Source: Clostridiaceae bacterium
GTDB lineage: Bacteria; Bacillota; Clostridia; Saccharofermentanales; Saccharofermentanaceae
Direction: 5' to 3'
Assembly: GCA_012729635.1 (NCBI GenBank)
Contig: JAAYCT010000014.1
Location: 37,440-101,439, forward strand
Length of the DNA stretch: 64,000 nt
Translations under genes and position numbers: made by a program
The notes under the pieces: model-generated
The model's input: only the letters and a program-made list of their open reading frames with translations
Told to the model about the DNA's origin: nothing
The model's database searches: none
In this document: positions 44,218 through 53,307 of the stretch, piece by piece
Numbering within the stretch: position 1 is the first letter of the stretch
Layout of the letters: each line of letters opens with the position of its first letter

Positions 44218-45420
44218 CTATGCCTTAAAGTTATAGATCGGAACGATGCGTTTCTCCACGTCGACGGTCGGACGGATCTGAGCGACGATATCATCCAGGC
44301 TCTTGTATGCCATTGGCGATTCATCGAGCGTTCTACTCGTCACGCAAGTCGAGTATATTCCCTCCATCTGCTCCCGAAACTCGTCGAGCGACAATTTGGA
44401 AAAGGCCTCTTTTCGACTCATCAGACGTCCCGCCCCATGCGGCGCGGAGTTGTTCCAATCCTCATTTCCTTTGCCGACGCAGATCAAACTGCCGTCGCGC
44501 ATGTTGATCGGAATCAGGAGCCGCTCACCCTTATGGGCCGACACGGCGCCTTTTCTGAGGATCATCTCGTCGGTATCGACATAGTTGTGGATCGTAGTAA
44601 ACCGATCACACTCGTTCAGGTTAAGCCCGGAAAGAACCACTTCCGTCATCGCTTTTCGATTCAGCACCGCGAACCGCTGGATGATTTTCATATCGTGGAT
44701 GTAATCCTCGAAAAGCCGTCCCTCCAGATACGCCAGATCCTTGGGGATATCGATCGGTAAATCATGTTTGCCCTTCATCGACCGGACCGTTTCGAATATC
44801 TCCTGTTCGCGCCCTTCACTTTTAAGCTTTTCGATCACGTCATCGATCTGGTAGTTCGCATGACCCTTCATCGATTTTGCTGCTTCATTCTGGTAGTACT
44901 TGGCGACTTCGTTTCCGATGTGGCGACTGCCGGAGTGGATCACCAGGAAAAGACATCCGTCTTCATCCCGGTCGACCTCGATAAAATGGTTACCGCCGCC
45001 CAAGGTACCGATGCTGTTTCGCGCCCGCTCGATGTTCACAAACCCGGCACAACGCAAAGCCTGCAGATCGATCTCTTCGTGTAACGGATGCGGGCTGTTA
45101 CGGATCGAAAAACCGCTCGGAATCTCACGGCGGATCAAAAAATCGAGTTGATCCAACTCAATATCATGATCCCCGAGACAAACAGTCTCCATGCCGCATC
45201 CGATATCGACACCCACCATACCGGGAACGATTTTGTCGGTGACGGTCATCGTCGTTCCGATCGTGCATCCCATACCGGCGTGCACGTCCGGCATGATCCG
45301 GATTTTGGAGGACGAAAATTCCTCCCGGTTGCAAACTCCGCGGATCTGTTCTTCGGCGGACTGATCCAATCGCGAACAAAAACAGACCGCCTGATTGTGA
45401 AATCCCTTGACTTCGATCAT
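44218..45420 (-). CDS. rtcB: RtcB-family RNA 3'-phosphate ligase.
   Basis: 400 aa. Conserved metal and GTP-site motifs IMPDVHAGMGCTIGTT, GTLGGGNHFIEV and NSAPHGAGR. Confidence 0.85.
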   Translation of the reverse strand: MIEVKGFHNQAVCFCSRLDQSAEEQIRGVCNREEFSSSKIRIMPDVHAGMGCTIGTTMTVTDKIVPGMVGVDIGCGMETVCLGDHDIELDQLDFLIRREIPSGFSIRNSPHPLHEEIDLQALRCAGFVNIERARNSIGTLGGGNHFIEVDRDEDGCLFLVIHSGSRHIGNEVAKYYQNEAAKSMKGHANYQIDDVIEKLKSEGREQEIFETVRSMKGKHDLPIDIPKDLAYLEGRLFEDYIHDMKIIQRFAVLNRKAMTEVVLSGLNLNECDRFTTIHNYVDTDEMILRKGAVSAHKGERLLIPINMRDGSLICVGKGNEDWNNSAPHGAGRLMSRKEAFSKLSLDEFREQMEGIYSTCVTSRTLDESPMAYKSLDDIVAQIRPTVDVEKRIVPIYNFKA

Positions 45421-45448
45421 TTTCTTGCCGCCTTTCCAGTTCAGTGCT

Positions 45449-45475
45449 CCCCGCGCGGGGTCATCCCCGCGCGGG
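45449..45475. other. Two adjacent self-complementary GC-rich elements (CCCCGCGCGGGG tcat CCCCGCGCGGG) in the SPFH-rtcB intergenic space.
   Basis: Read directly. Each element is its own reverse complement. Could serve as a processing or attenuation hairpin pair. Confidence 0.4.
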
Positions 45476-45490
45476 AAACAACACTTGTAC

Positions 45491-46597
45491 TTAATTATCT
45501 TTGCCCCTCAGGATCGATGTCAACTGCGTGAGAACATCTCCGTTTCCGCCGAGGTTAATACTCCCGACATTCTCACAGATCCGCTCGACGTACTCCAACT
45601 CCTTGAGTTTTAAGAGCGTCCGGTTCTCGTCCATCAGTTTGGCCGTGTTCAGAAGCGACCGCGTGGAGGCAACCTCCTCACGCCGCGTGATGACATTGGC
45701 CTGCGCACGCTTCTCGGCGACAAGCACAGTGTTCATGATATCGCGGATCTCGCCCGGAAGGATGATGTCCTTGACCCCGGCTGAAGCAATCTGAATGAAG
45801 AGAGAATTTTCGTTCATCTTCAAACGTTCGAAAACATAACGCGACATTTCCTCTTTATTTTCGAGGATCTCATCGATTCTGTACTTTCCGACGTACTCAC
45901 GGAGCGCCAACTGAGCTGCGACGTGGAGCTGTTCCCGATAGTCGTCGATCTCGCTGTCGATCCGCACGCAGTCAACGACTCTGTAAGTGCACACGAAGTT
46001 GATCCGTAAAGCGACCTTGTCCTGAGAAAGGATCTCCTGCCCGGAAATCTCCATCTTCGTCAACCGCGTGTCGACGAGGCTGACCTCCACCTTCACGTCG
46101 TTCTTCCAGAAGTAGTACGTTCCGGGCTCAAGGACGCGGACGAAATTGCGGTTAAAGCTCAACCGCCCTTTCTGGAACCCGGCTACCTCATACTTCACGA
46201 AGTATGCCTCAGGGATCTTCGAAAAGAGGTAACCGGGCACATCTTCAGAGACCTCCGGAGTCGTGATGTCTACAAGCTGGAATGTTTGCTTCGAGTAAAC
46301 AGACCAGAAGGCATACTTGCCCTGACTCAACACCTGACGGAATCTCCCGTCAACAAAATGCAAGGCCAGTTTGCAGTCGGCAACATCGATCACTTCAACC
46401 GATGCGAGAATCGCCGGGTCGTCGAGAAGGATCTCCAGAGAAGCGTTCTTCGACGCAACCATCCGATCCAGACTTTGCAACTCGATCTGTACGTCGCTCA
46501 AAAAAGAGTACTTCCCTGCGCGCAACATCTTCACATACTTGCCGTTCTTGAAAAGAAGGCCTCTCTCGTTCTCTTTAATTACTGTTTTCATATTCAT
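45491..46597 (-). CDS. SPFH/band-7 (stomatin/prohibitin-like) domain protein with an N-terminal beta-rich extension and no TM helix.
   Basis: C-terminal SPFH core (QDKVALRINFVCTYRVVD...REQLHVAAQLALREYVGKYRIDEILENKEEMS...AEKRAQANVITRREEVAS). RBS GGAGGGT. Confidence 0.7.
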   Translation of the reverse strand: MNMKTVIKENERGLLFKNGKYVKMLRAGKYSFLSDVQIELQSLDRMVASKNASLEILLDDPAILASVEVIDVADCKLALHFVDGRFRQVLSQGKYAFWSVYSKQTFQLVDITTPEVSEDVPGYLFSKIPEAYFVKYEVAGFQKGRLSFNRNFVRVLEPGTYYFWKNDVKVEVSLVDTRLTKMEISGQEILSQDKVALRINFVCTYRVVDCVRIDSEIDDYREQLHVAAQLALREYVGKYRIDEILENKEEMSRYVFERLKMNENSLFIQIASAGVKDIILPGEIRDIMNTVLVAEKRAQANVITRREEVASTRSLLNTAKLMDENRTLLKLKELEYVERICENVGSINLGGNGDVLTQLTSILRGKDN

Positions 46598-46839
46598 ACC
46601 CTCCTTCAGGTTTTATAGCGTTGGCGATTGCCCGTGCACCGGCCGCGGCCGGAATCTTCAGGAGAAAGAGTCATAAGCGGGACGCTGAAGTATGACTTAC
46701 TCTCTCTTTGCCCCGGTATCCGATCCCGATCAAGGCTTCCGACACACTGTCTTTCGGGTTCGGATACTGCCGAAGCATTCCTTTTCGCGAAAGACGGGAC
46801 AATCGCTTCCAAATTGGCCGAATTTTACATCGGCGCGGC

Positions 46840-47010
46840 TGCCTCTACGACAGCGGTTCACCAAACCATGTTTTTACAACACGCGCAGGAATCGAACCTG
46901 ACTAACACCTTGTGGGTCACTTACCCTTTTACGGCTGTGACAACCATGCACAAGTCCCCGTGTGGCATACGCTTCGGAACCTCCTCGCGCACCGCCGTGT
47001 CTTTGAAACA
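46840..47010 (-). ncRNA. Candidate structured ncRNA with a tRNA-like T-arm (possible Y-RNA/YrlA-like tRNA mimic) in the 570-bp gap upstream of the SPFH-rtcB genes.
   Basis: Minus strand contains CAGGTTCGATTCCTG (plus 46866-46880), a near-perfect tRNA T-stem-loop. No complete cloverleaf or CCA was found. It is flanked by the direct repeat TGCGCGTGTT. The gap has no plausible ORF. Confidence 0.25.
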
Positions 47011-47167
47011 CGCGCAACGGCACCTTGCATACTCATCATGCCAAAGGAGAATCATCGGTTCACGGAAAAAAACCTGCGAACTTCGTTGAAAAATCCCGGA
47101 TCAAGTCCGGGATGTCGTTTTGCGGATTGTTTTCGAGCGGAAAAAGAAGCGGCGGGAATCATTCAAA

Positions 47168-48064
47168 TCAGAGCGGATACAGCTCCATCTGTTTTTGAAG
47201 CCGGTAACGGATCAGCTCGATAAAGCTCTCCGGCTCAACCACCCTTACAAAGGGTCCGAAGGAGAGTACGCGGATCAGGATCTCGGTCTCGTCGGTCTGA
47301 TCATAACGAAGCGCCACCCGATAACGGTCCTCCGCGATCCGTTCCGCTCTTTTTTCAAAATGAGCGAAGTGCAAGAACAGTCGCTCCATCGCGTTTCTTC
47401 GGTCGATCAATTCCAGGGTCAGAGAACAGGTTTTCCCAATGCGTGACTTTCCGTGATCTAGCTGCTCGCCGGGGTAAGGATTACAGGAGATGATTTTTGA
47501 TAAGTTGATCGTACCCGCATACCGGCACCCGGTCGAGATCAACCGGAACTTATCGTCCTTCTCCGAATACTCCAGATGATCCGGCAGAACCTTCATAAAC
47601 ATGGATTTCCCATAACGGTTCAGGATGCGAATGCCCAAAGGCGTCTTGTCTCGGATCGCGCTTAGGATCACACGGAAATTGCGGATATATGTCTCATCCG
47701 AATAATCATCTCCGTCCCCGTACCGGTCGAAAACCACATAGTCCTCCGGAGTAAACAGCGGATCGACATCATCGAGTCCTTGGAATTCCACCCCGAAAAG
47801 CGCCACGCGCGGATCGAGCGAGACTGCCTTCAGCCAACGCTTCTGGATCGTCGCAAGCGGCATCGTCGGCGCATGGCGTATCGGGGTCTTCAGATCATGC
47901 CCGAGCAACTGCCATCGCGCTTCTTTAAGAGCCGGAACGATCGTCAATACACTCTCGGAAAAGGCATGTTCGTCCGTGATCTCCCGGAGATCTTTTTCCG
48001 AAAGATTTCCGTTTACGGCCGCTTCCAAAATTTTCGCGACCGTCTGGTAGTACGCGCCGTACAT
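47168..48064 (-). CDS. WYL-domain-containing transcriptional regulator (PafC-like partner).
   Basis: C-terminal WYL/WCX-like region (RYRVALRYDQTDETEILIRVLSFGPFVRVVEP). The start is ambiguous. ATG at plus 48062-48064 avoids overlap with the upstream gene. The longer ORF to 48223 would overlap by 148 nt. Confidence 0.55.
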   Translation of the reverse strand: MYGAYYQTVAKILEAAVNGNLSEKDLREITDEHAFSESVLTIVPALKEARWQLLGHDLKTPIRHAPTMPLATIQKRWLKAVSLDPRVALFGVEFQGLDDVDPLFTPEDYVVFDRYGDGDDYSDETYIRNFRVILSAIRDKTPLGIRILNRYGKSMFMKVLPDHLEYSEKDDKFRLISTGCRYAGTINLSKIISCNPYPGEQLDHGKSRIGKTCSLTLELIDRRNAMERLFLHFAHFEKRAERIAEDRYRVALRYDQTDETEILIRVLSFGPFVRVVEPESFIELIRYRLQKQMELYPL

Positions 48065-48075
48065 CTCACTGAAAA

Positions 48076-49338
48076 TCACGTCGCATATCCTCCATCCGCC
48101 TTTGACTCCGTCTCCATACCATACATCTGTGCCATCGCGCGAAAATCCGCCCGAAACTGCTCTTCCTGTTCGCGATCCGAGAATTCTAGGTTCACGATCC
48201 TGCATAAATAGGATCGAATCCACGGATTCAGTTCGGTCGGATCATAGACATCCGCCGTGAATCGCAATGTGTGTTCGTCCAGTCGCTCAACCGTCCCGCA
48301 GCGCTTCTCACGTTCCAGGCGCTGAATAATATACTCTTCTCCGTCATCGATATGAACGTCGAAAAGAACCCTCTGAGTGCGCGATTCGTTTTTTCGGGTC
48401 ATCACGCCCCACATGTGTTGACACATGCGGTCGAGCTTTTCACGAAGTTCGTTAAATCGGTTATTCTGTTCGCCGATCTCTACGCTTCGCAAGTAATCCG
48501 TCCGGAACACCCGGATTTTCTTCATTCGTAAGCAAAACACGAGAACGTACTGTCGACCGCTCTGAGCGCTGATATAAATCCGCAAAGGAACGACGCGATC
48601 CCGGGTTAAGCCCCCCCTCCGGCTTTGATTTTCAAGTGTGACCTCACGCTTTTCGCGCATCGCGAGAAAAAGGTCGCACAGCGCTTCGCTGTCGAGCGCG
48701 TGAGTGATGTAATGGTGCTTAAAGGTAAATGCTTCCGGCGCTCCCCGCCCTTTATCGAGAAGAAAAGACCCGATCACCCCGCACGGCGCGATCTCCGAGA
48801 AGAAGTCGAGCAGATCCGTGTGCTCCGAAAGATCGGTATCCTCCGCTCTTCGATACAGGACCTGCCTTCCCTCTTTTTCCGCTTGAAGAAGACCCGCTTC
48901 GGTGTATTCCTTGAGTTTTTTTCGCAGGGTCGAATCGTCGACGGATATCGGCTCTTCGAAAAACGACAAATACCGGTTATTCATCTCGTCCATGATCTCC
49001 GATACGGTCATCGCGACGTCCGGCGAGTGGAGGATGTCAAACAGGATGAAGTGAAGAGTAATGTCGCCGTCGGTAAAACTGCTGGTTTTCCAGGCTCTGA
49101 AAAGCGGGTTGTGCGGGCACGCACGGCTGTCGATCGACAGGAAGCAATTTTTCCCGTCCGGAGTCTGGCTGAAGCCCATATAATCGCCGAGCCAGCTCTC
49201 GACCCGCCGCTTCTCGTCGTCATAAGAGCGCGCGCTTTTTTGTGAGAACTGCTCCCGGCTCTTAAAGCCGTACACGTAGAACTCCCTCATGTATTCACGG
49301 ATTCGCTCAAAACTCTTGATGCGCTCGTTGTAGGCCAT
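48076..49338 (-). CDS. HTH-WYL-domain transcriptional regulator (PafB-like).
   Basis: Classic WYL motif RQYVLVFCLRMKKIRVFRTDYLRSVE. 420 aa. RBS AAGGATG. Confidence 0.7.
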   Translation of the reverse strand: MAYNERIKSFERIREYMREFYVYGFKSREQFSQKSARSYDDEKRRVESWLGDYMGFSQTPDGKNCFLSIDSRACPHNPLFRAWKTSSFTDGDITLHFILFDILHSPDVAMTVSEIMDEMNNRYLSFFEEPISVDDSTLRKKLKEYTEAGLLQAEKEGRQVLYRRAEDTDLSEHTDLLDFFSEIAPCGVIGSFLLDKGRGAPEAFTFKHHYITHALDSEALCDLFLAMREKREVTLENQSRRGGLTRDRVVPLRIYISAQSGRQYVLVFCLRMKKIRVFRTDYLRSVEIGEQNNRFNELREKLDRMCQHMWGVMTRKNESRTQRVLFDVHIDDGEEYIIQRLEREKRCGTVERLDEHTLRFTADVYDPTELNPWIRSYLCRIVNLEFSDREQEEQFRADFRAMAQMYGMETESKADGGYAT

Positions 49339-49438
49339 GGTTTACATCCTTATCGCTCATTTATTCCCGGTTTGGAGGTTGACGTTTCACGATTTTCGTT
49401 AGTCTTTCCGTTTATAGATCGATCACACAGTTTCCCTC

Positions 49439-50630
49439 TCACCCGATCAGCCAGTTCGAGACATCTACGATTTTAATCCCTTCGTATTGGTACGATTCAT
49501 GTCTTGTTCTTGCAATAATAATTTTCGGGTAAGCATCTTTGATTTGCAGGAGCGGATCCACTTCCCGTGCAAAGGTTTTCGGGTCGCTGATATTGTCCGA
49601 AACCTGTATGTAAAGTTTCTCATCCCGCCGGATGGCAACAAAATCAATTTCTCTTCTATACAAGATCCCGGCGTACAATTCATATCCCCGGCGCAACAAG
49701 TCGATCGCGATTATATTTTCGATCATTCGTCCGTAATCGAGATTTTTAGTCCCGAGTTTAGCATATCGAAAAGCGTGATCGCTCAGATAGTATTTATGAT
49801 TTGAGGATAAGTATTTCTTTCCCCTGATGTCATATCTTCTCACTATGTAAAATGCAAAGGCATTACAAAGATATGCCATATATGCACTGACTGTCTTATG
49901 GTTCACCGCATCCCGGTTGCCGGTCAGCGAGTCCGCTATACTTCTCGCTGACGATAGATTTGAAATGTTATCCAACAAAAAATCTGTGACCCGGTCCATC
50001 AAGGCGATATTCCTGATTTTGTACTTCTGTCGAATATCGCGGATGATCAGAGTATCAAATACATCAGCGATGTATTGATACTTCTCGTCTGTCGAGGTAT
50101 AAGCGTAGGATCCCGCCATGCCCCCCTCAATCAAAAAACGCTCATATGCTTCATACGGATCACTAAGCGAATAGTAGTCCATGAATTCCGGTAACGAAAA
50201 CGGAAATACCTCGATTTCGAAGGTTCTGCCCGTAAAAAGTGTCGCCAAATCGCTGCCCAATAAAAAAGCGTTGGATCCGGTGATATAAATGTCATATTTT
50301 CCGGAAGAATGAAGACTGTTGATCGTAAGCTCGAATTTCGGGCACAATTGCACTTCATCAACGAAAAGATAATTCGACTTGCCCCGCTCGTATCTATCCT
50401 CGATATAATCGTTCAGTCGGTGATAATCGAGAAGCCTCTCGAAAGAAAGGTCAGTTAAATCGATATACGTAACATTGGCCGTTTGATCGGTGCTTCGAAT
50501 AAAATCAACAAATGATTCGACCAGACGAGACTTTCCGCTTCGTCTGACGCCGGTGATCACCTTAATGTCCGGTGTTCCCCGAACCCTCTTCAACTGATCA
50601 AGATAATACTTTCGCTCGATCCATTTCATT
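49439..50630 (-). CDS. AAA+ ATPase of the DUF4143 family (paralog 2 of 3).
   Basis: Walker A GVRRSGKSRL and Walker B LFVDEVQ. Start at plus 50628-50630 with RBS GGCGGAGGG. AT-rich gene. Confidence 0.8.
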
Positions 50631-50715
50631 GTTTTACCCTCCGCCCCCATTGTAACATTCTATTTCCCAAAATCAATATATATTGAATATCGGGAAATAG
50701 ATTCCTGCCTTCCGG

Positions 50716-50904
50716 TTACCGGACATCCGGGTATGGTACAAAAAGAACGTACTGATCCTCCCACAGCTGAACTTCGATGTAATGACACTTTTCGACGATC
50801 TCGCTCATGAAGTCCTCGAGCGTTCCTTCGTATTCCCGAAGCGTCCGAAGAAGCTTTTCCTTTGTTTGGACGGCAACCGCGTTGTTTTTCTCAAGAATCC
50901 GCAT
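50716..50904 (-). CDS. Small hypothetical protein (62 aa).
   Basis: ORF only. Positioned downstream of the ferritin-like gene. Confidence 0.3.
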   Translation of the reverse strand: MRILEKNNAVAVQTKEKLLRTLREYEGTLEDFMSEIVEKCHYIEVQLWEDQYVLFVPYPDVR

Positions 50905-51020
50905 ACTGTCTCCGTAGGTAAAGCTGATTGAAAATGATGCGCCGGATAAATATCAACAATAAAAAAGGCACCTGCGATTTCAAACGCAAAGTGCCCGGTT
51001 TCTTTATCAAACGGGTGAGG

Positions 51021-51327
51021 CTATTTCCCCATCTTCTCTATCTCTTCCTCTACTTCTTCGGCGCCTTCCGCGTAGAACTTTTCTTCCTCGGGATCAAGTT
51101 CTTTCAGCAATCTCAGGAACTCGCCCGCATGAACCCTTTCTTCATCCGCAATATCCTTTAGTACTTCGATCGCCAACTCGTTATCCGTCGACTCCGCCAA
51201 CTGCATGTAAAGCTGAATCGCTTCGTATTCCGCGGCAATCATAAATCGGATCGACCGAATCAATTCCGCATCCGTTAACTTTTTGTCCTTTGCGAGTCCC
51301 GAAAAGGGCTGTCCAAAATCCGGCATA
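51021..51327 (-). CDS. Ferritin-like / rubrerythrin-family small protein.
   Basis: EYEAIQLY...EERVHAGEF di-iron-ligand-like E-x-x-H spacing. Start at plus 51325-51327 with RBS AAAGAGGTG. Confidence 0.55.
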
Positions 51328-51807
51328 ATTTTCACCTCTTTCATTATTTGTATTCCATTCTTTGTCATTCCATTTTACACGCAAACTTTCTTTTTTGCGA
51401 ACCCGAAACCGGTTTGCGGACTGTTTCGATTTATGATTTTCTGATTAAAATGCTTTTTACCCGCGCTTTTCCCTCCGTTGTTGTTTTCCTCCGAAGTTCC
51501 GGGTTCGTCTGCTGCATGTCCTGTGAGAGCCCATCAAAGCAACGCAGAGCGTTTTCGAACCGATGCGGTAAAACAGGCTGCAAAAGGATACTCTATTGAT
51601 CGACTCCGACCTTCTTTTCGAAAATCTAAAAATCGTTTGACGAAAGTTGCAAATCGCTCTAAACTCAAGATAGATCATAGCAGGCGCACCGTACGGATTG
51701 TACTCTATTCGATTTTTTTCTTTTCGATTGGGATCGGAAAATTTTCCGTAGAATCGATAAGTCCGGAAAACCCCTTCCGGACACTTAAAGAACGAGGAGG
51801 AGCGATT

Positions 51808-52452
51808 ATGGAAACCCGCACCCGCGAAATCAAGGCGAAAAAATTCCCCGACATCAGCGTAAGGATCATTCCGGGACACTTCGCGACGCGTCACTCACAC
51901 ATTAATTATTTCATCGACCTGACCGATGTGATCAGTCATCAGAAAAAAGCGTTTGCCGCCGGCAAAGCCTTCGCTTCCCAGTATTCTTCGAATACCGCGG
52001 TCGACACCATCGTCTGCCTCGACGGCGGCGAAGTGGTTGCCGCGTTTATGGCAGAGGCTCTGAGCAATATTGACCGATATGCCGTTAACGCGGGTTCCGA
52101 CATTGCGATCGTCACGCCCGAGACCAATTCGGCCGGGCAGTTGATCCTTCGCGACAATACGCAGAATCTGGTCTGGGGAAAGAATGTCGTGATCCTGGCC
52201 GCACAGGCAAGTACGGGAAAGACTCTGGAACAGGCGATCGATTATATCCGGTACTACGGAGGAAAAGTCACCGGGATCTGCGCGATCTTCAGCGCGGTCG
52301 ACAAGGTCGAGGGCTATACGATCAATGCGCTTTTTACTGCGAATGATTTACCGGGATATGAGACGCACGATATGTCGGATTGTCCGGAATGCGCGGCCGG
52401 CCGAAAGATCGACGCACTCGTCAACAACTTCGGATATTCGAAGTTGGGATGA
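51808..52452 (+). CDS. Phosphoribosyltransferase-domain protein (PyrE/ComF-like PRTase fold).
   Basis: ATG at 51808 after GAGGAGGAGCGATT. PRPP-binding loop VVILAAQASTGKTL. The track ORF from 51478 is an unsupported 5' extension. Confidence 0.6.
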   Translation: METRTREIKAKKFPDISVRIIPGHFATRHSHINYFIDLTDVISHQKKAFAAGKAFASQYSSNTAVDTIVCLDGGEVVAAFMAEALSNIDRYAVNAGSDIAIVTPETNSAGQLILRDNTQNLVWGKNVVILAAQASTGKTLEQAIDYIRYYGGKVTGICAIFSAVDKVEGYTINALFTANDLPGYETHDMSDCPECAAGRKIDALVNNFGYSKLG

Positions 52453-52478
52453 ATCGACTGAAACAGGGGCTATGATAT

Positions 52479-52663
52479 GTACGAAATCTTGAGGAGAGAG
52501 CCGATTCGCATGTAGTTTTCGGCTCATGCGGCTGATTCAGAGATCCCACATACGAAACCCCGGGGAGACAACCGTTTCATCCGTAGTTTCATCTCGTTTG
52601 GGAGCTCGAGACGGCTTCACACAAGTACTAAATCTTGAGGAGAGAGCCGTTTCGTAGTTTCGC
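52479..52663 (+). repeat. Two copies of a ~38-nt imperfect direct repeat (GTACgAAATCTTGAGGAGAGAGCCGaTTCG-TAGTTT) about 145 nt apart in a 570-bp noncoding region.
   Basis: Copy 1 at 52479-52522, copy 2 at 52624-52663. Read directly. Confidence 0.5.
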
Positions 52664-53019
52664 CCTTTCGAATCGATCACTACCGATAGATAGTCGTCAA
52701 TCGCGCATTTTGCATGTACCGGGATGTATTGGTAACATCAAGCGGGCGATCCCACCGGGCGATTTATGAATGAATGATTCACGTAAAAAAGCTAAAGAAC
52801 CGCTTATCGGGGATGCCAATATCCAAAGTCTCATGTAAATGATATGACCTTTAACACGAAAAATCGCCGATACGCGAATCGACGGATCATTGGAATCGAT
52901 GTTTTATCGTTTCTATTTTCGAAAAGCGCCCCACGGCTATTTTATTATTTTTGAAAATGCGGTAGAATCATGAGTGGAAATATCGAGGTTTTACGATATA
53001 TAGACAAGGAGCGATCCGC

Positions 53020-53307
53020 GTGAAAAACAACTACCGTCAATATGAAGAGACGGCGACTTTTTTGAAAAGCATCGCGCACCCGGTTCGGATCTGTATCATC
53101 ATGAACTTGAGCCGGAAGAAAGAGTGCAACGTGACGACCATGAAATGCGGACTGGATCTGCCGCAATCCACGATTTCGACCCATCTTTCGGTATTGCGGG
53201 ACATCGGTGCGGTCGAGACAGTGCGCAGGGGAACTGAAATATATTACCGGTTGAAAGACAAAAAGATCGTACAACTATTGATCCGGGCAGGAGTGAGCGA
53301 AAAATGA
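53020..53307 (+). CDS. ArsR/SmtB-family transcriptional regulator, a candidate persulfide-responsive (BigR/CstR-like) repressor.
   Basis: GTG start after AAGGAG. HTH block ECNVTTMKCGLDLPQSTISTHLSVLRDIGAV. Three Cys. Its stop overlaps the start of the downstream sulfurtransferase gene. Confidence 0.75.
   Translation: MKNNYRQYEETATFLKSIAHPVRICIIMNLSRKKECNVTTMKCGLDLPQSTISTHLSVLRDIGAVETVRRGTEIYYRLKDKKIVQLLIRAGVSEK

Noticed and set aside
46866-46880. tRNA gene or tmRNA suggested by the GGTTCGATTCC T-arm.
   Set aside because: No matching acceptor 5' strand at tRNA distance. No D-arm consensus and no CCA. No tmRNA tag-reading frame or 3' ACCA. Kept only as a tRNA-like ncRNA candidate.
52479-52663. 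CRISPR array.
   Set aside because: Only two imperfect repeat copies with a roughly 100-nt interval. No cas genes anywhere in the window.
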